Assembly (NCBI GenBank): GCA_002787405.1
Contig: PCWQ01000007.1
Location: 102,250-166,249 of the forward strand
From: Candidatus Komeilibacteria bacterium CG11_big_fil_rev_8_21_14_0_20_36_20
GTDB taxonomy: Bacteria; Patescibacteriota; Patescibacteriia; UBA1558; GWA2-36-10
Length of the DNA stretch: 64,000 bases
Direction: 5' to 3'
In this document: positions 19,085-28,218 of the stretch, piece by piece
Layout: every line of letters starts with the position of its first letter
Position numbering within the stretch: the stretch's first letter is position 1
Notes under the pieces: model-generated
What the model saw: the letters and a program-made list of their open reading frames with translations, nothing else
Told to the model about the DNA's origin: nothing
Database searches by the model: none
Position numbers and translations under genes: made by a program

Positions 19085-20836
19085 TTAATTAGCTGTTGCC
19101 CAAAAAATCAACTGGCCATTTTTCTGTCCTTGCCCCGCAAAATCATCCGGTATGCTCAAAGATACATTGACTGCATCAGATAAACTAACCGGCAAAGAAA
19201 GATTGTAATTCTCCCAAAGCTCCTGATTTAAAATAGTGTGACTAGAAAAAGGATCATCGCCTAAAACACTGGCTTCAATATAAATATTTACATTACCGGT
19301 GTTGCTTAAAACCAGAATTGTTTCGGCTGATTGCCCCGGATTTAAAATGCCAAAATTAATATTAGTTTGATCAACATTAAAAGCGATCACATCGCCGCCA
19401 TGATGACCGCCGTTTTCAATATTGACTGATAAATCAACTGTATTGGAAATTCCCTGGCCAATGGTGATATATACTTTGTTACTTCTAATATATAATTCTG
19501 TTTGTTCGGCCCAGACCGGATAAACTCCTTCTGTCTCTAAAGTGACGTTAACTTGACCATTATTATCTGCTGTATAAATTGCTGAACCAACATGCACTTC
19601 CGCCTGCGGCCAAGCCAGCCAGTTCTGTCCGTCAAAATAACTAGCTGAGACAGTTAAATTATTATCATTCAAATTGGCTTCTACTCTTCCTGGATAGACG
19701 GTCAAGCCGCCATAGCCCCATAAAACACTATCGCCTGCCTCCAACTGATAATTATCAACTGAAACCATGCCGGTCTGCCAATTAACCCAATAGTGCCAAC
19801 CATTTATTCCTTCTGCCTCCAGACCATCAATCATGGTAACATACATACCGTATTCAGTTTCAATGGCCTCATATTCAAAATTACAAACCTGCGAACCGAC
19901 TGCCAACAAATCCAGCACTGTTTGCGCTTCTAAGTCACTAGCCAAACAAATAGTCTGGTCAAGCCCTTCAATGCGTAAATCAACTCCGACGGGCGTACTG
20001 CCATTTTCTAAAATAATATAATTAACAGGATAGGTGCGACCAGACAAACTTAATAGAGCATAAGCGGTCACTAAAGGAGAACCATCCTCATCAGCCGGCA
20101 ACCAAGCAAAAGATCCGTCTACTCGCTTTAAGCTGTCCATAAAAATCAATGGGTTATTTTCTCCAATCTGCCAAGTATTGACCGCCATATTCAATTTATT
20201 CAAGGCAGCAATAATCCAAGCAGTGGAAGCACCATCTGAATCACTGAATTGATCATAACCAAAACCACCGTCTTCATTCTGCACACTATGCAAATAATTT
20301 AAAGCGTTAACTATTTCTGGAGAAGAATTATCTAATCCCCCATCAACTAAAGCCATAATCGCTGCGGCCGTATCATTACTATCCGATGCTCCGCTGACTG
20401 ACCAACTCCAGCCCCCATCACTGTTTTGATGAGCTAGAATAAAATCTTTTAATAAAACCACATCATCTGTCTGATTAATCGAAGCCAAAGCCATTAATCC
20501 CCAAAAATCATCATTTAAGAGATCAGTTGATCCTAATTGTCCACTATTAAAATTACTGTTAATGGTGATGAGCAGACTTTCTAGAGACTGATAATCTTCA
20601 CTCTCCACAGCCGCTAAAGCTAAGGTATTTTTGACAGCGGTCATTAAATCGCTGGTATTAGGATTTAAATAGTCAAGATTAATATTCTCAACTTCCGCAG
20701 CCGCTAGGGCTTGGGTAATCCAAGCATTTTGGGCCTGATTTTGCAGATACTGAATAGTATCATCATATTCAGCTAAGATAATTAAAGGAGCTATTATGAA
20801 ACTCCCAATCAGCATAGAAAAAATTATCTTTTTCAT
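19085..20836 (-). CDS. Secreted protein with prenyltransferase/squalene-cyclase-like (alpha-alpha toroid) QxxDGGW repeats
   Basis: Signal peptide, then the repeats HQNSDGGWSW and VQNEDGGFGY, plus a C-terminal beta-rich region. Confidence 0.55.
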   Translation of the reverse strand: MKKIIFSMLIGSFIIAPLIILAEYDDTIQYLQNQAQNAWITQALAAAEVENINLDYLNPNTSDLMTAVKNTLALAAVESEDYQSLESLLITINSNFNSGQLGSTDLLNDDFWGLMALASINQTDDVVLLKDFILAHQNSDGGWSWSVSGASDSNDTAAAIMALVDGGLDNSSPEIVNALNYLHSVQNEDGGFGYDQFSDSDGASTAWIIAALNKLNMAVNTWQIGENNPLIFMDSLKRVDGSFAWLPADEDGSPLVTAYALLSLSGRTYPVNYIILENGSTPVGVDLRIEGLDQTICLASDLEAQTVLDLLAVGSQVCNFEYEAIETEYGMYVTMIDGLEAEGINGWHYWVNWQTGMVSVDNYQLEAGDSVLWGYGGLTVYPGRVEANLNDNNLTVSASYFDGQNWLAWPQAEVHVGSAIYTADNNGQVNVTLETEGVYPVWAEQTELYIRSNKVYITIGQGISNTVDLSVNIENGGHHGGDVIAFNVDQTNINFGILNPGQSAETILVLSNTGNVNIYIEASVLGDDPFSSHTILNQELWENYNLSLPVSLSDAVNVSLSIPDDFAGQGQKNGQLIFWATAN

Positions 20837-20874
20837 AATTTTATATCTTATTATTTTAATAAAGATAAGTTAAG

Positions 20875-20910
20875 TGCAGCAGGAAAAGGTCGCGACCTTT
20901 TCCTGCTGCA
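20875..20910. repeat. Perfect 36-nt palindrome (18+18, no loop)
   Basis: tgcagcaggaaaaggtcg|cgaccttttcctgctgca lies in the spacer between the 583-aa and 132-aa genes. Confidence 0.8.
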
Positions 20911-20915
20911 CAAAA

Positions 20916-21314
20916 TCACGAATGGAGATGAGTTTTTGGCGGTCGATAATCAAATACGATTTGATTATTTTTTGTGATAATTAATGACTGTTTACGAGGA
21001 TCAAATAAAGCTGTGTTTATAGAATCTAAGACTAAAGCCCCATTAACATAAAACTTATAATCCCCAATTCCATTGCTATTAAAATCCATCATTAACCAAT
21101 CGCCAGGATACTCTGACCAGTTCCTTACATAAACCGGATTATACTCGGCTATAAAAAAAGCCACTGTATTTGGAGTTAATGAAAGACTGTTGCGAGTCAA
21201 TTTCAAATTATCCTCTTCAGCTCCGACAATATTATCTTGGCCGGTGCATTTCGTCAAAATTAAAGCAGCAAATGCCGACAAAGAGATAAAAAATCTCCTT
21301 CTATATTTATCCAA
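20916..21314 (-). CDS. Hypothetical secreted/lipoprotein-like protein
   Basis: 132 aa with a signal peptide and a possible lipobox LTKC. Confidence 0.5.
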   Translation of the reverse strand: MDKYRRRFFISLSAFAALILTKCTGQDNIVGAEEDNLKLTRNSLSLTPNTVAFFIAEYNPVYVRNWSEYPGDWLMMDFNSNGIGDYKFYVNGALVLDSINTALFDPRKQSLIITKNNQIVFDYRPPKTHLHS

Positions 21315-21591
21315 AAGAACCTCCTACTCTAAAGAACAAAATTATATTTCATTGATTATTAAACAAAAAACTCTTCGTTAAGAAGAGTGAGGATAAATTT
21401 ATTATTGTTAATAAACTTATCCTTCCTCTCCTTAGGAAAAAGAATAAAATCATCAGAGCTCTGGCTTACCTCAACCAATGTGGAGAGGTATACAGTAGCT
21501 AGGACTGCGGAGGATTCTCACCTCACTTCCCTGATAAAATTGTCAAAGTGATTATATTTTAGCAAAGGCAAAATTGGTTGTCAAACCCAAA

Positions 21592-22086
21592 TTATTTACG
21601 CTTCTTTTTGCCTATCTTTCTGACAGAGGCGGTTTTCTTTTTAAGTAATCTATTTAATTCCTTTTGAAAAGTCTGAACATCTTTAAAAGACCGATACACA
21701 GAAGCATAGCGGATATAGGCAACTTGATCAAAAAATTTTAATCGCTTAATGACGATATCTCCTAGCTGTTTAGTAGTAATTTCTGAAGTGGCCTTTTTCT
21801 GAATATCTCTTTCAATTTCCCGAATCAATTTATGAAAATTCTCTTCCAGATAAGGACGCTTTTCCAAAGATGTTCTTAGACCCTTGATTAACTTATCGCG
21901 ATTATAAGTCTCCCGACGGCCATCTCTTTTAATGACTACCAAATCTAAAATCTCTACCTCCTCCAATGTAGAAAAACGAAAATTACACTTTCGACAAGCT
22001 CGACGCCGCCTAATGCTAAAACCCTCGCCGCTAAGACGAGAGTCTATTACTTTCGTATCCTGTGAATTGCAGATAGGGCAATTCAT
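21592..22086 (-). CDS. nrdR: Transcriptional repressor NrdR
   Basis: N-terminal zinc ribbon MNCPICNS...CRKC plus an ATP-cone domain. Confidence 0.9.
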   Translation of the reverse strand: MNCPICNSQDTKVIDSRLSGEGFSIRRRRACRKCNFRFSTLEEVEILDLVVIKRDGRRETYNRDKLIKGLRTSLEKRPYLEENFHKLIREIERDIQKKATSEITTKQLGDIVIKRLKFFDQVAYIRYASVYRSFKDVQTFQKELNRLLKKKTASVRKIGKKKRK

Positions 22087-23264
22087 TATTTTCTATTTTT
22101 TAATTTTTTTCTTAAAAAAGCGGGGATATCTAATTCTGCCTCTTCTGCTGTTTTTGGCACTTCTTCTATTTCTATTTCTTCCTCTTTCTCTGGCCGAAAA
22201 GCTTTCCTAACCTGCCTTTCTTCAGTTTTTTTAGCAAATGCCTCGGGATAAGATATGGCTGGCTGAGCGGCATTGGCTGCACTTTTGACTTCTTCTGATC
22301 CTTTAAAACCAGTAGCAATAACTGTCACCTTAACTGCTTCGCCTAGAGATTCATCGATTACTGCGCCAAAAATAATCTTAGCGTCTGGATCGCAATTAGC
22401 AGTAATAATTTCAGCTGCTTCGCTAACTTCAAACATAGATAAACTGCTGCTACCAGCAATAGTGAATAAAACTCCTGTGGCACCGTCAATGGATAATTCC
22501 AATAAAGGACTATCGATGGCTGCTTTAGCTGCCTCTTGAGCCCGATTCTCTCCGGTGCTAGTACCAATTCCCATCAAAGCAGAGCCAGCTTGCTGCATAA
22601 TGGCTTTAACATCCGCAAAATCAACATTTACTAGACCGGGAACAGTAATTAGTTCTGAAATTCCCTGCACGCCCTGTTGTAATACTTCATCGACAATAGA
22701 AAAAGCTTCAAGTAAGGAAGTTTTTTTATCAATAATCTGTAGTAAACGATCATTAGGAATAGTAATAGTGGTATCAACTTTGTCTAAGAGACGCTCTAAC
22801 CCCCGATCAGCAATGTCTTTCCTTTGCATACCTTCAAAAGTAAAAGGTTTAGTCACTACTGCCACAGTCAAAGCACCTACTTCCCGAGCAATATCAGCAA
22901 TAATTGGCGCTGCTCCCGTGCCTGTACCACCACCTAAACCACAAGTAATAAAAACCATATCTGAGCCCTGCAAGGCGTCCATGATCTGTTGTTCATTCTC
23001 TTCTGCACTCTTTAAACCTAAATCAGGATCCATACCAGCGCCTAAACCCTTGGTTGTATTGCGTCCAATATGAATCTTACTAGGAGCAATTGAGTGATGA
23101 AGAGCTTGCGCATCGGTGTTGACAGCAATAAATTGCACTCCTCTAATTTTAGAAGAAACCATCCGATTAACAGCGGATCCACCTGAACCGCCTACTCCAA
23201 CCACTTTTATATTGGCAAAAGTTTCTATAGGAGGGACTACTTCTTTTAAGCTTTTTCTAGGCAT
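22086..23264 (-). CDS. ftsZ: Cell division protein FtsZ
   Basis: Tubulin signature [10 protein letters not shown], 392 aa. Confidence 0.95.
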   Translation of the reverse strand: MPRKSLKEVVPPIETFANIKVVGVGGSGGSAVNRMVSSKIRGVQFIAVNTDAQALHHSIAPSKIHIGRNTTKGLGAGMDPDLGLKSAEENEQQIMDALQGSDMVFITCGLGGGTGTGAAPIIADIAREVGALTVAVVTKPFTFEGMQRKDIADRGLERLLDKVDTTITIPNDRLLQIIDKKTSLLEAFSIVDEVLQQGVQGISELITVPGLVNVDFADVKAIMQQAGSALMGIGTSTGENRAQEAAKAAIDSPLLELSIDGATGVLFTIAGSSSLSMFEVSEAAEIITANCDPDAKIIFGAVIDESLGEAVKVTVIATGFKGSEEVKSAANAAQPAISYPEAFAKKTEERQVRKAFRPEKEEEIEIEEVPKTAEEAELDIPAFLRKKLKNRK

Positions 23265-23294
23265 TTATTTTATCTCTCTTACTTATTTTAATAA

Positions 23295-24545
23295 TTAAGT
23301 GGAGGGCCATAATGACCTGAACCACTTTTTAGTTTTATCGCCAAGACGGTTAACAACTGAAAAATTACTCATCCAGCCATTGCCCGCGTCTAAATTTTTA
23401 TCAGCCCAAATTACTAGGCCCAGAGCAGTAGTGTATTCTAAATCATTCAGCTTATCAATGGGGAAATTACTTTCTACTGGCAATCCTAAGAATACTGGCA
23501 ACTGAAAAATTTCTTTAGCTAAATCAACAGCCAGCGGCAATTTTGCCCCACCGCCGGTTAAAATTACTCCTGCTGGTAATTTACCATCTCTTTCTATTTT
23601 TTTCAACTCATCATTAACTAATTGAAAAATTTCATCCATCCGCGCTCCGGCAATATCAGCAATATCTTTCTTATAAACATAGCTGCCTTTCTTTTCTTCT
23701 TCAGAATACTTATTTAAATCAATTTCATCTCGTTTAGAAATATCCTCGCCAAGGGCTTGGGCCTGATCCAACTTAACCGCTTCCGCTGTTTCAATAGATG
23801 TTTTTAAACCAATCGCCAAATCATTGGTGATATGACCCGAACCAATTGGCAAAACAGCTGTATACAAAATACTGCCTTCCTCAAAAACGGCAATAGAGGT
23901 AGTAGCCGCGCCGATATTAACTACAGCTACTCCTAAATCTTTTTGTTTTTGAGTTAACACAGCTTCCGCTGTTGCCAAAATAGAAAAGACTATATCCTCA
24001 ATATCCACTCCTGTCCTATAAATACATTTAGTTAAACTTTTTAACTGGGAAGATAAAGCCATAACAACCTGCGTTTCTACTTCTAAACGAACCCCTGACA
24101 TACCAAGTGGATCTTTGATATTTTTTTGATCGTCCAAATTATAAGTAATCGGTAAAATATCTAATAATTCATAATTAGGCAACATAATCATCCTTTCTGC
24201 TACCTCTCTAGCCCGCTCTAAATCAGACTCATCCACCTGTTCATTAGCCCGAGCCACTGCTACTACTCCTTTACTATTGACTGTTTTAATATGGGTTCCT
24301 GACATGCCAACTACCATCCGATCAATATGAAGACCGGTCATTCGTTCACATTTTTCTATAGTTTCTGAAATAGAAGAAACAGCATCTTCAATTGATGTTA
24401 TGCTGCCCCGACTAATACCCTCTGCTGGGGTTTCTGCCGCCCCTATTACCTTCAAACGACCATCTGGGAGTCTTTGTGCCATTACGATTCTAACCGCGCT
24501 ACTGCCGATATCAAGGCCCGTAATCATGTCTTTACTGCTCGCCAT
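23295..24545 (-). CDS. ftsA: Cell division protein FtsA
   Basis: Actin-like ATPase of 416 aa, immediately upstream of ftsZ. Confidence 0.9.
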   Translation of the reverse strand: MASSKDMITGLDIGSSAVRIVMAQRLPDGRLKVIGAAETPAEGISRGSITSIEDAVSSISETIEKCERMTGLHIDRMVVGMSGTHIKTVNSKGVVAVARANEQVDESDLERAREVAERMIMLPNYELLDILPITYNLDDQKNIKDPLGMSGVRLEVETQVVMALSSQLKSLTKCIYRTGVDIEDIVFSILATAEAVLTQKQKDLGVAVVNIGAATTSIAVFEEGSILYTAVLPIGSGHITNDLAIGLKTSIETAEAVKLDQAQALGEDISKRDEIDLNKYSEEEKKGSYVYKKDIADIAGARMDEIFQLVNDELKKIERDGKLPAGVILTGGGAKLPLAVDLAKEIFQLPVFLGLPVESNFPIDKLNDLEYTTALGLVIWADKNLDAGNGWMSNFSVVNRLGDKTKKWFRSLWPST

Positions 24546-24631
24546 GTTCTGTTTATTTTTTTAAAATTAAAACTAACTAATTTGTACCGTAATTATAACT
24601 AAATTGTAACGATTTGCCAAATAAATAAATT

Positions 24632-24967
24632 TTATAAAAACACTATAAAACCAATAACAATAGCAAAAATAGAAGCTAATAAAACCGCTGCGGCCAATAA
24701 ATCTTTGACTTCTTTAGCAAAATGATGAGTCTTGGGAGCCAACATATCTACTAAACGCTCAACGGCTGAATTAAAAATCTCCAAAGACAATATTAAAATT
24801 ATAATTAATAATAACCCTACTAATAAATCATCCTCTATACCTATAATTAAGGCAAAAATTATGACTAAAACAGCCACAATGGAAAGAATTCTAAAACTTC
24901 TCTCAGTTGATAAGACTGTTCTGAGACCTCTCAACGCGTATTTTAAATTATGAAAAACGGATGGCAT
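24632..24967 (-). CDS. dgkA: Diacylglycerol/undecaprenol kinase family protein
   Basis: 111-aa 3-TM protein with the NSAVERLVD motif. Confidence 0.75.
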   Translation of the reverse strand: MPSVFHNLKYALRGLRTVLSTERSFRILSIVAVLVIIFALIIGIEDDLLVGLLLIIILILSLEIFNSAVERLVDMLAPKTHHFAKEVKDLLAAAVLLASIFAIVIGFIVFL

Positions 24968-25404
24968 TAATTAATTTTCTGCTTTAATAAATTTAAAACC
25001 TCTTCTTCTAGCCGACTCTGTTGTTTAGCGTGTTTTAAACCAAGTTGGTGATCATAACCTAGGAGATGTAGAATGCCATGGATAGTTAAAAGCTTTAATT
25101 CGGATGAGATAGTTTCTCTCTTGTCTTGAGCTTGTTTTTTAGCTATCTCCAAACAAATTACAACCTCACCCAAAATCTCCTGACTGTCTATATTAAAGGA
25201 TAAAACATCGGTTATTTTATTTTGATGACGATAAACTCTATTTAATCTTCTGATCTCTGACTTACTCACTAAAGCCAACGAAATAATTTGCTGACCCCTG
25301 GCTAATATTTTAAATTTACGCGCTAAAATTGTTTCCAAAGCTGACAGCCAATCAAAATCAGCGCGTTGCCCCCTCTTGTTAATTTGCAATAATTTACTTT
25401 GCAT
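24967..25404 (-). CDS. ybeY: Endoribonuclease YbeY (rRNA maturation)
   Basis: The HGILHLLGYDH metal-binding motif is present. Confidence 0.85.
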   Translation of the reverse strand: MQSKLLQINKRGQRADFDWLSALETILARKFKILARGQQIISLALVSKSEIRRLNRVYRHQNKITDVLSFNIDSQEILGEVVICLEIAKKQAQDKRETISSELKLLTIHGILHLLGYDHQLGLKHAKQQSRLEEEVLNLLKQKIN

Positions 25405-25410
25405 TCAAAT

Positions 25411-26514
25411 TTACTGCTCAAGTAAATTAAAACTATTAAGCATCATCTCAAAGGTGGTGGCAAAATGTACGCCTGATAGTTCATTAATTGTATAAACAAT
25501 CCGATAAATACGCTGATTAACCGCCATCAAAACCTCAAAACCATCTACTGATCTCAAAGCGGCTTGACCACCTAAGCTGTAATTCTCAAACTCTCCTGGG
25601 GCAAAAGCTTGCTGCCATTCAGATAAAGGTAATTCCTGTTTATTATTTTCTACTACTTCTACGCTGATAAATTCACCACTTTCTGAATCGGGTAAAAATA
25701 AAATTTGGCTTGTTTTTTCGTCAGCGGCTTGTGATATCCAAATAGTTGGCCTAAAAATACTATACCCAAAAACATTATTGCTATATTGAGTAACTAATCC
25801 TGAATCAGCCAAGAGGTCGTTAGGTGCTATGGGACTATATAAATTCTGCACCTCCATCCCGTCTTTATAGCCATCTCTATCTGTATCATCGCGACGAGGA
25901 TTGCTAGAATAGATAATCTCTTCTTCTGTAGTTAAGCCGTCTTGATCACTATCTATAACTGATTCATTCTGATTTTCATTATCATTAGCATTCTCATTGC
26001 CGTTTATATTCTGGTTGCTATTATTATTTTGGTTAGAATTCTCGTTATTATTTTGGTTACTGTTGTTATTCTGATTTTCATTATCATTAGCATTAGCATT
26101 CTCATTGCCGTTTATATTCTGGTTGCTATTATTATTTTGGTTAGAATTCTCGTTATTATTTTGGTTACTGTTCTGGTTAATATTTGTATTATTAATATTA
26201 AGCTGGTTATCCTCCACATTTTTGTTAATATACCAAACACCAAAACCAATCACACCACCGATAAACACAATAAAAATAACCCCGCCGATAATCATTTTTT
26301 TAATGTTTCTTTTTGAGTTAGTTGGCTGACCGATTAAAAATTTCTTCGGCATGATATGAATTTCGCCATCCTTAACAGGCACGCTGTTGGTATCATTTGT
26401 CTTCTTGCTTTGAAAATCATTCCCTACTAAATTATCAACCTCCAGTTGTTGGTCATTATTTTGAGATGAGTCTTGATTGAGCAAATCTCTACCATGATTT
26501 GGATTAGTAAACAT
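25411..26514 (-). CDS. Membrane-anchored N-rich repeat protein with thrombospondin-type-3-like Ca-binding repeats
   Basis: TM anchor, an Asn/Gln-rich tandem repeat region, then DSDQDG/DTDRDGYKDG DxDxDG motifs and a C-terminal globular domain. It is a paralog of 26552-27436. Confidence 0.6.
   Translation of the reverse strand: MFTNPNHGRDLLNQDSSQNNDQQLEVDNLVGNDFQSKKTNDTNSVPVKDGEIHIMPKKFLIGQPTNSKRNIKKMIIGGVIFIVFIGGVIGFGVWYINKNVEDNQLNINNTNINQNSNQNNNENSNQNNNSNQNINGNENANANDNENQNNNSNQNNNENSNQNNNSNQNINGNENANDNENQNESVIDSDQDGLTTEEEIIYSSNPRRDDTDRDGYKDGMEVQNLYSPIAPNDLLADSGLVTQYSNNVFGYSIFRPTIWISQAADEKTSQILFLPDSESGEFISVEVVENNKQELPLSEWQQAFAPGEFENYSLGGQAALRSVDGFEVLMAVNQRIYRIVYTINELSGVHFATTFEMMLNSFNLLEQ
25970..26172. 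repeat. Two tandem copies of a ~99-105-nt coding repeat
   Basis: ttctcattgccgtttatattctggttgctattattattttggttagaattctcgttattattttggttactgtt occurs twice in tandem. The second copy has a 6-nt attagc insertion. Confidence 0.8.
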
Positions 26515-26551
26515 AATTATAACTTTTTATTATTTAATTTTTTATTAATTA

Positions 26552-27436
26552 TTACTCAACTAATACTCCTTCTCCTAAAGGATTATAGCCGTTGCTTACT
26601 TCTAGGCCATCGCTATAACCATCGTCATCTGTGTCAGGATTATTAGGGTCGGTCTGCCAAATATTGATCTCGTCATAATCTGATAAACCATCATCGTCTG
26701 AATCACTTGAGGTCGGATCTGTTTTATAGGTTACTGCTTCCTCGCGATCAAACAAACCATCATTATCTGAATCAGGATTTAAAGGATCACTGCCTAATTC
26801 CTTTTCTTCAGCATTGGTTAAACCATCTGAATCATCATCCATCTCTTCCTCATTAAGAGGTGGGACATTAACATTCTCATTAAGATTAATATTCTGATTA
26901 ATCTCTTCATTAGCATTATCATTGAGATTAAAATTGGTGTTAGTATTCAAATTAACGTTTTGATTTAATTCTATGTTGGCATTATCCCCTGAGTTGAATT
27001 TACCAGTCGCAAATAAATAAATTACCACTACTACTGCTAAAGCAACCAAAACACCAAAAATTATAATAATCTTCTTTCTCATTATTCCTTCTCTTTCGTC
27101 TTTAACTACCATCTTATCAAGTGATGATGTGCTTGGTGGCGGCTGACTGGACGGCAGAGAGGTTTGAGAAATCGGCTTTAATTTGCCCGATTGCAACCCG
27201 CTTAAAGACCCTGATGCTGAAGAGACCGCCACAGGAGCTTTATCAGCCACCGGATCAACATCAGCAAACATATCGTCAATTTTACCTGAAGCCGAAACCG
27301 ATTCCATTTTTGACACTTGACCTTCTGCTTGAACTGGTTCTTTAGCTGGTTCTGAAGTTGATGATGAAGTAGTTGGTTGAGGTATTTGAAAATCAGTATT
27401 TAAATTTTGTTTACTTTGTTTTAAATCATCAAACAT
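26552..27436 (-). CDS. Membrane-anchored N-rich protein with thrombospondin-type-3 repeats
   Basis: The C-terminus has DPLNPDSDNDGLFD, DPTSSDSDDDGLSDYDE and DPNNPDTDDDGYSDGLE repeats. Confidence 0.6.
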   Translation of the reverse strand: MFDDLKQSKQNLNTDFQIPQPTTSSSTSEPAKEPVQAEGQVSKMESVSASGKIDDMFADVDPVADKAPVAVSSASGSLSGLQSGKLKPISQTSLPSSQPPPSTSSLDKMVVKDEREGIMRKKIIIIFGVLVALAVVVVIYLFATGKFNSGDNANIELNQNVNLNTNTNFNLNDNANEEINQNINLNENVNVPPLNEEEMDDDSDGLTNAEEKELGSDPLNPDSDNDGLFDREEAVTYKTDPTSSDSDDDGLSDYDEINIWQTDPNNPDTDDDGYSDGLEVSNGYNPLGEGVLVE

Positions 27437-27456
27437 AAATATAGTTTAATTTATAA

Positions 27457-28215
27457 TTACATTTCGCTTAAACAATTTTGTTTATACTCCTGGAGCGGAA
27501 TACGCGAACAAATACTAGGATCATTATCAGCTATGGCACGATTCATTAAAATAACGCTCTGGCATATCTCTTGAAAGTCATTACTGACAATAAAACTATT
27601 ATTGCAAAAATTTAAATCCTTTTGCTGGGCAATGACGCTGTGTATACAGCTCTCTTTAATCTGGTTATCAATAATATCGCCGCATAGAGAAACATTGTTT
27701 TGCTCCCTGGCTTGACTGCTGGAAACATAATCAAGACAAACATCTTTAGTCTCTGAATTACTGATTGAATGACAAAATTTCTTGTCATTTTTTTTTAAGG
27801 CAAAAGCTAAATAACAATCGTCTTCTAAATCCACCAAGCTGCACAATTCTGGATCATTAAGAATAACTACCTGCCTTAACTTAACGCCGGCCAAACATTC
27901 CTCTTTTTCTGTTTGGTTTGACAGCCTCTCGCAAGATCTCTGATATTTCAACAAAGAAAAATAATTTTCCGGCTGATCTAATATTGCCAGATCAGCTGAT
28001 GATAATCCTTCTAAAAAATCTACTTCCACAGCTTGACTTGGCTCAAATGGTTGATTATTAGTATTATTATTTGGCTGATTGACATTAGAATAAATATTGC
28101 TGTTTTCTATTGATGTATTGTTGTTACTCAGAAAAAAATAATAACTAATCCAAAAAACGCCGGATATTATTATCATGGTCAGAACGATTAAGCTAACTGT
28201 CTTACTGTGTGTCAT
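27457..28215 (-). CDS. Cysteine-rich secreted/anchored hypothetical protein
   Basis: 252 aa with an N-terminal TM/signal and about 14 Cys in a repeated pattern. It is the last-but-two gene of the surface-protein operon. Confidence 0.55.
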   Translation of the reverse strand: MTHSKTVSLIVLTMIIISGVFWISYYFFLSNNNTSIENSNIYSNVNQPNNNTNNQPFEPSQAVEVDFLEGLSSADLAILDQPENYFSLLKYQRSCERLSNQTEKEECLAGVKLRQVVILNDPELCSLVDLEDDCYLAFALKKNDKKFCHSISNSETKDVCLDYVSSSQAREQNNVSLCGDIIDNQIKESCIHSVIAQQKDLNFCNNSFIVSNDFQEICQSVILMNRAIADNDPSICSRIPLQEYKQNCLSEM

Positions 28216-28218
28216 ATA

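Noticed and set aside
25970-26172. Tandem repeats that might be taken for a CRISPR array
   Set aside because: There are only two copies, the unit is ~100 nt, there are no spacers, and the repeat lies inside an Asn-rich coding region. It is a coding tandem repeat, not CRISPR.
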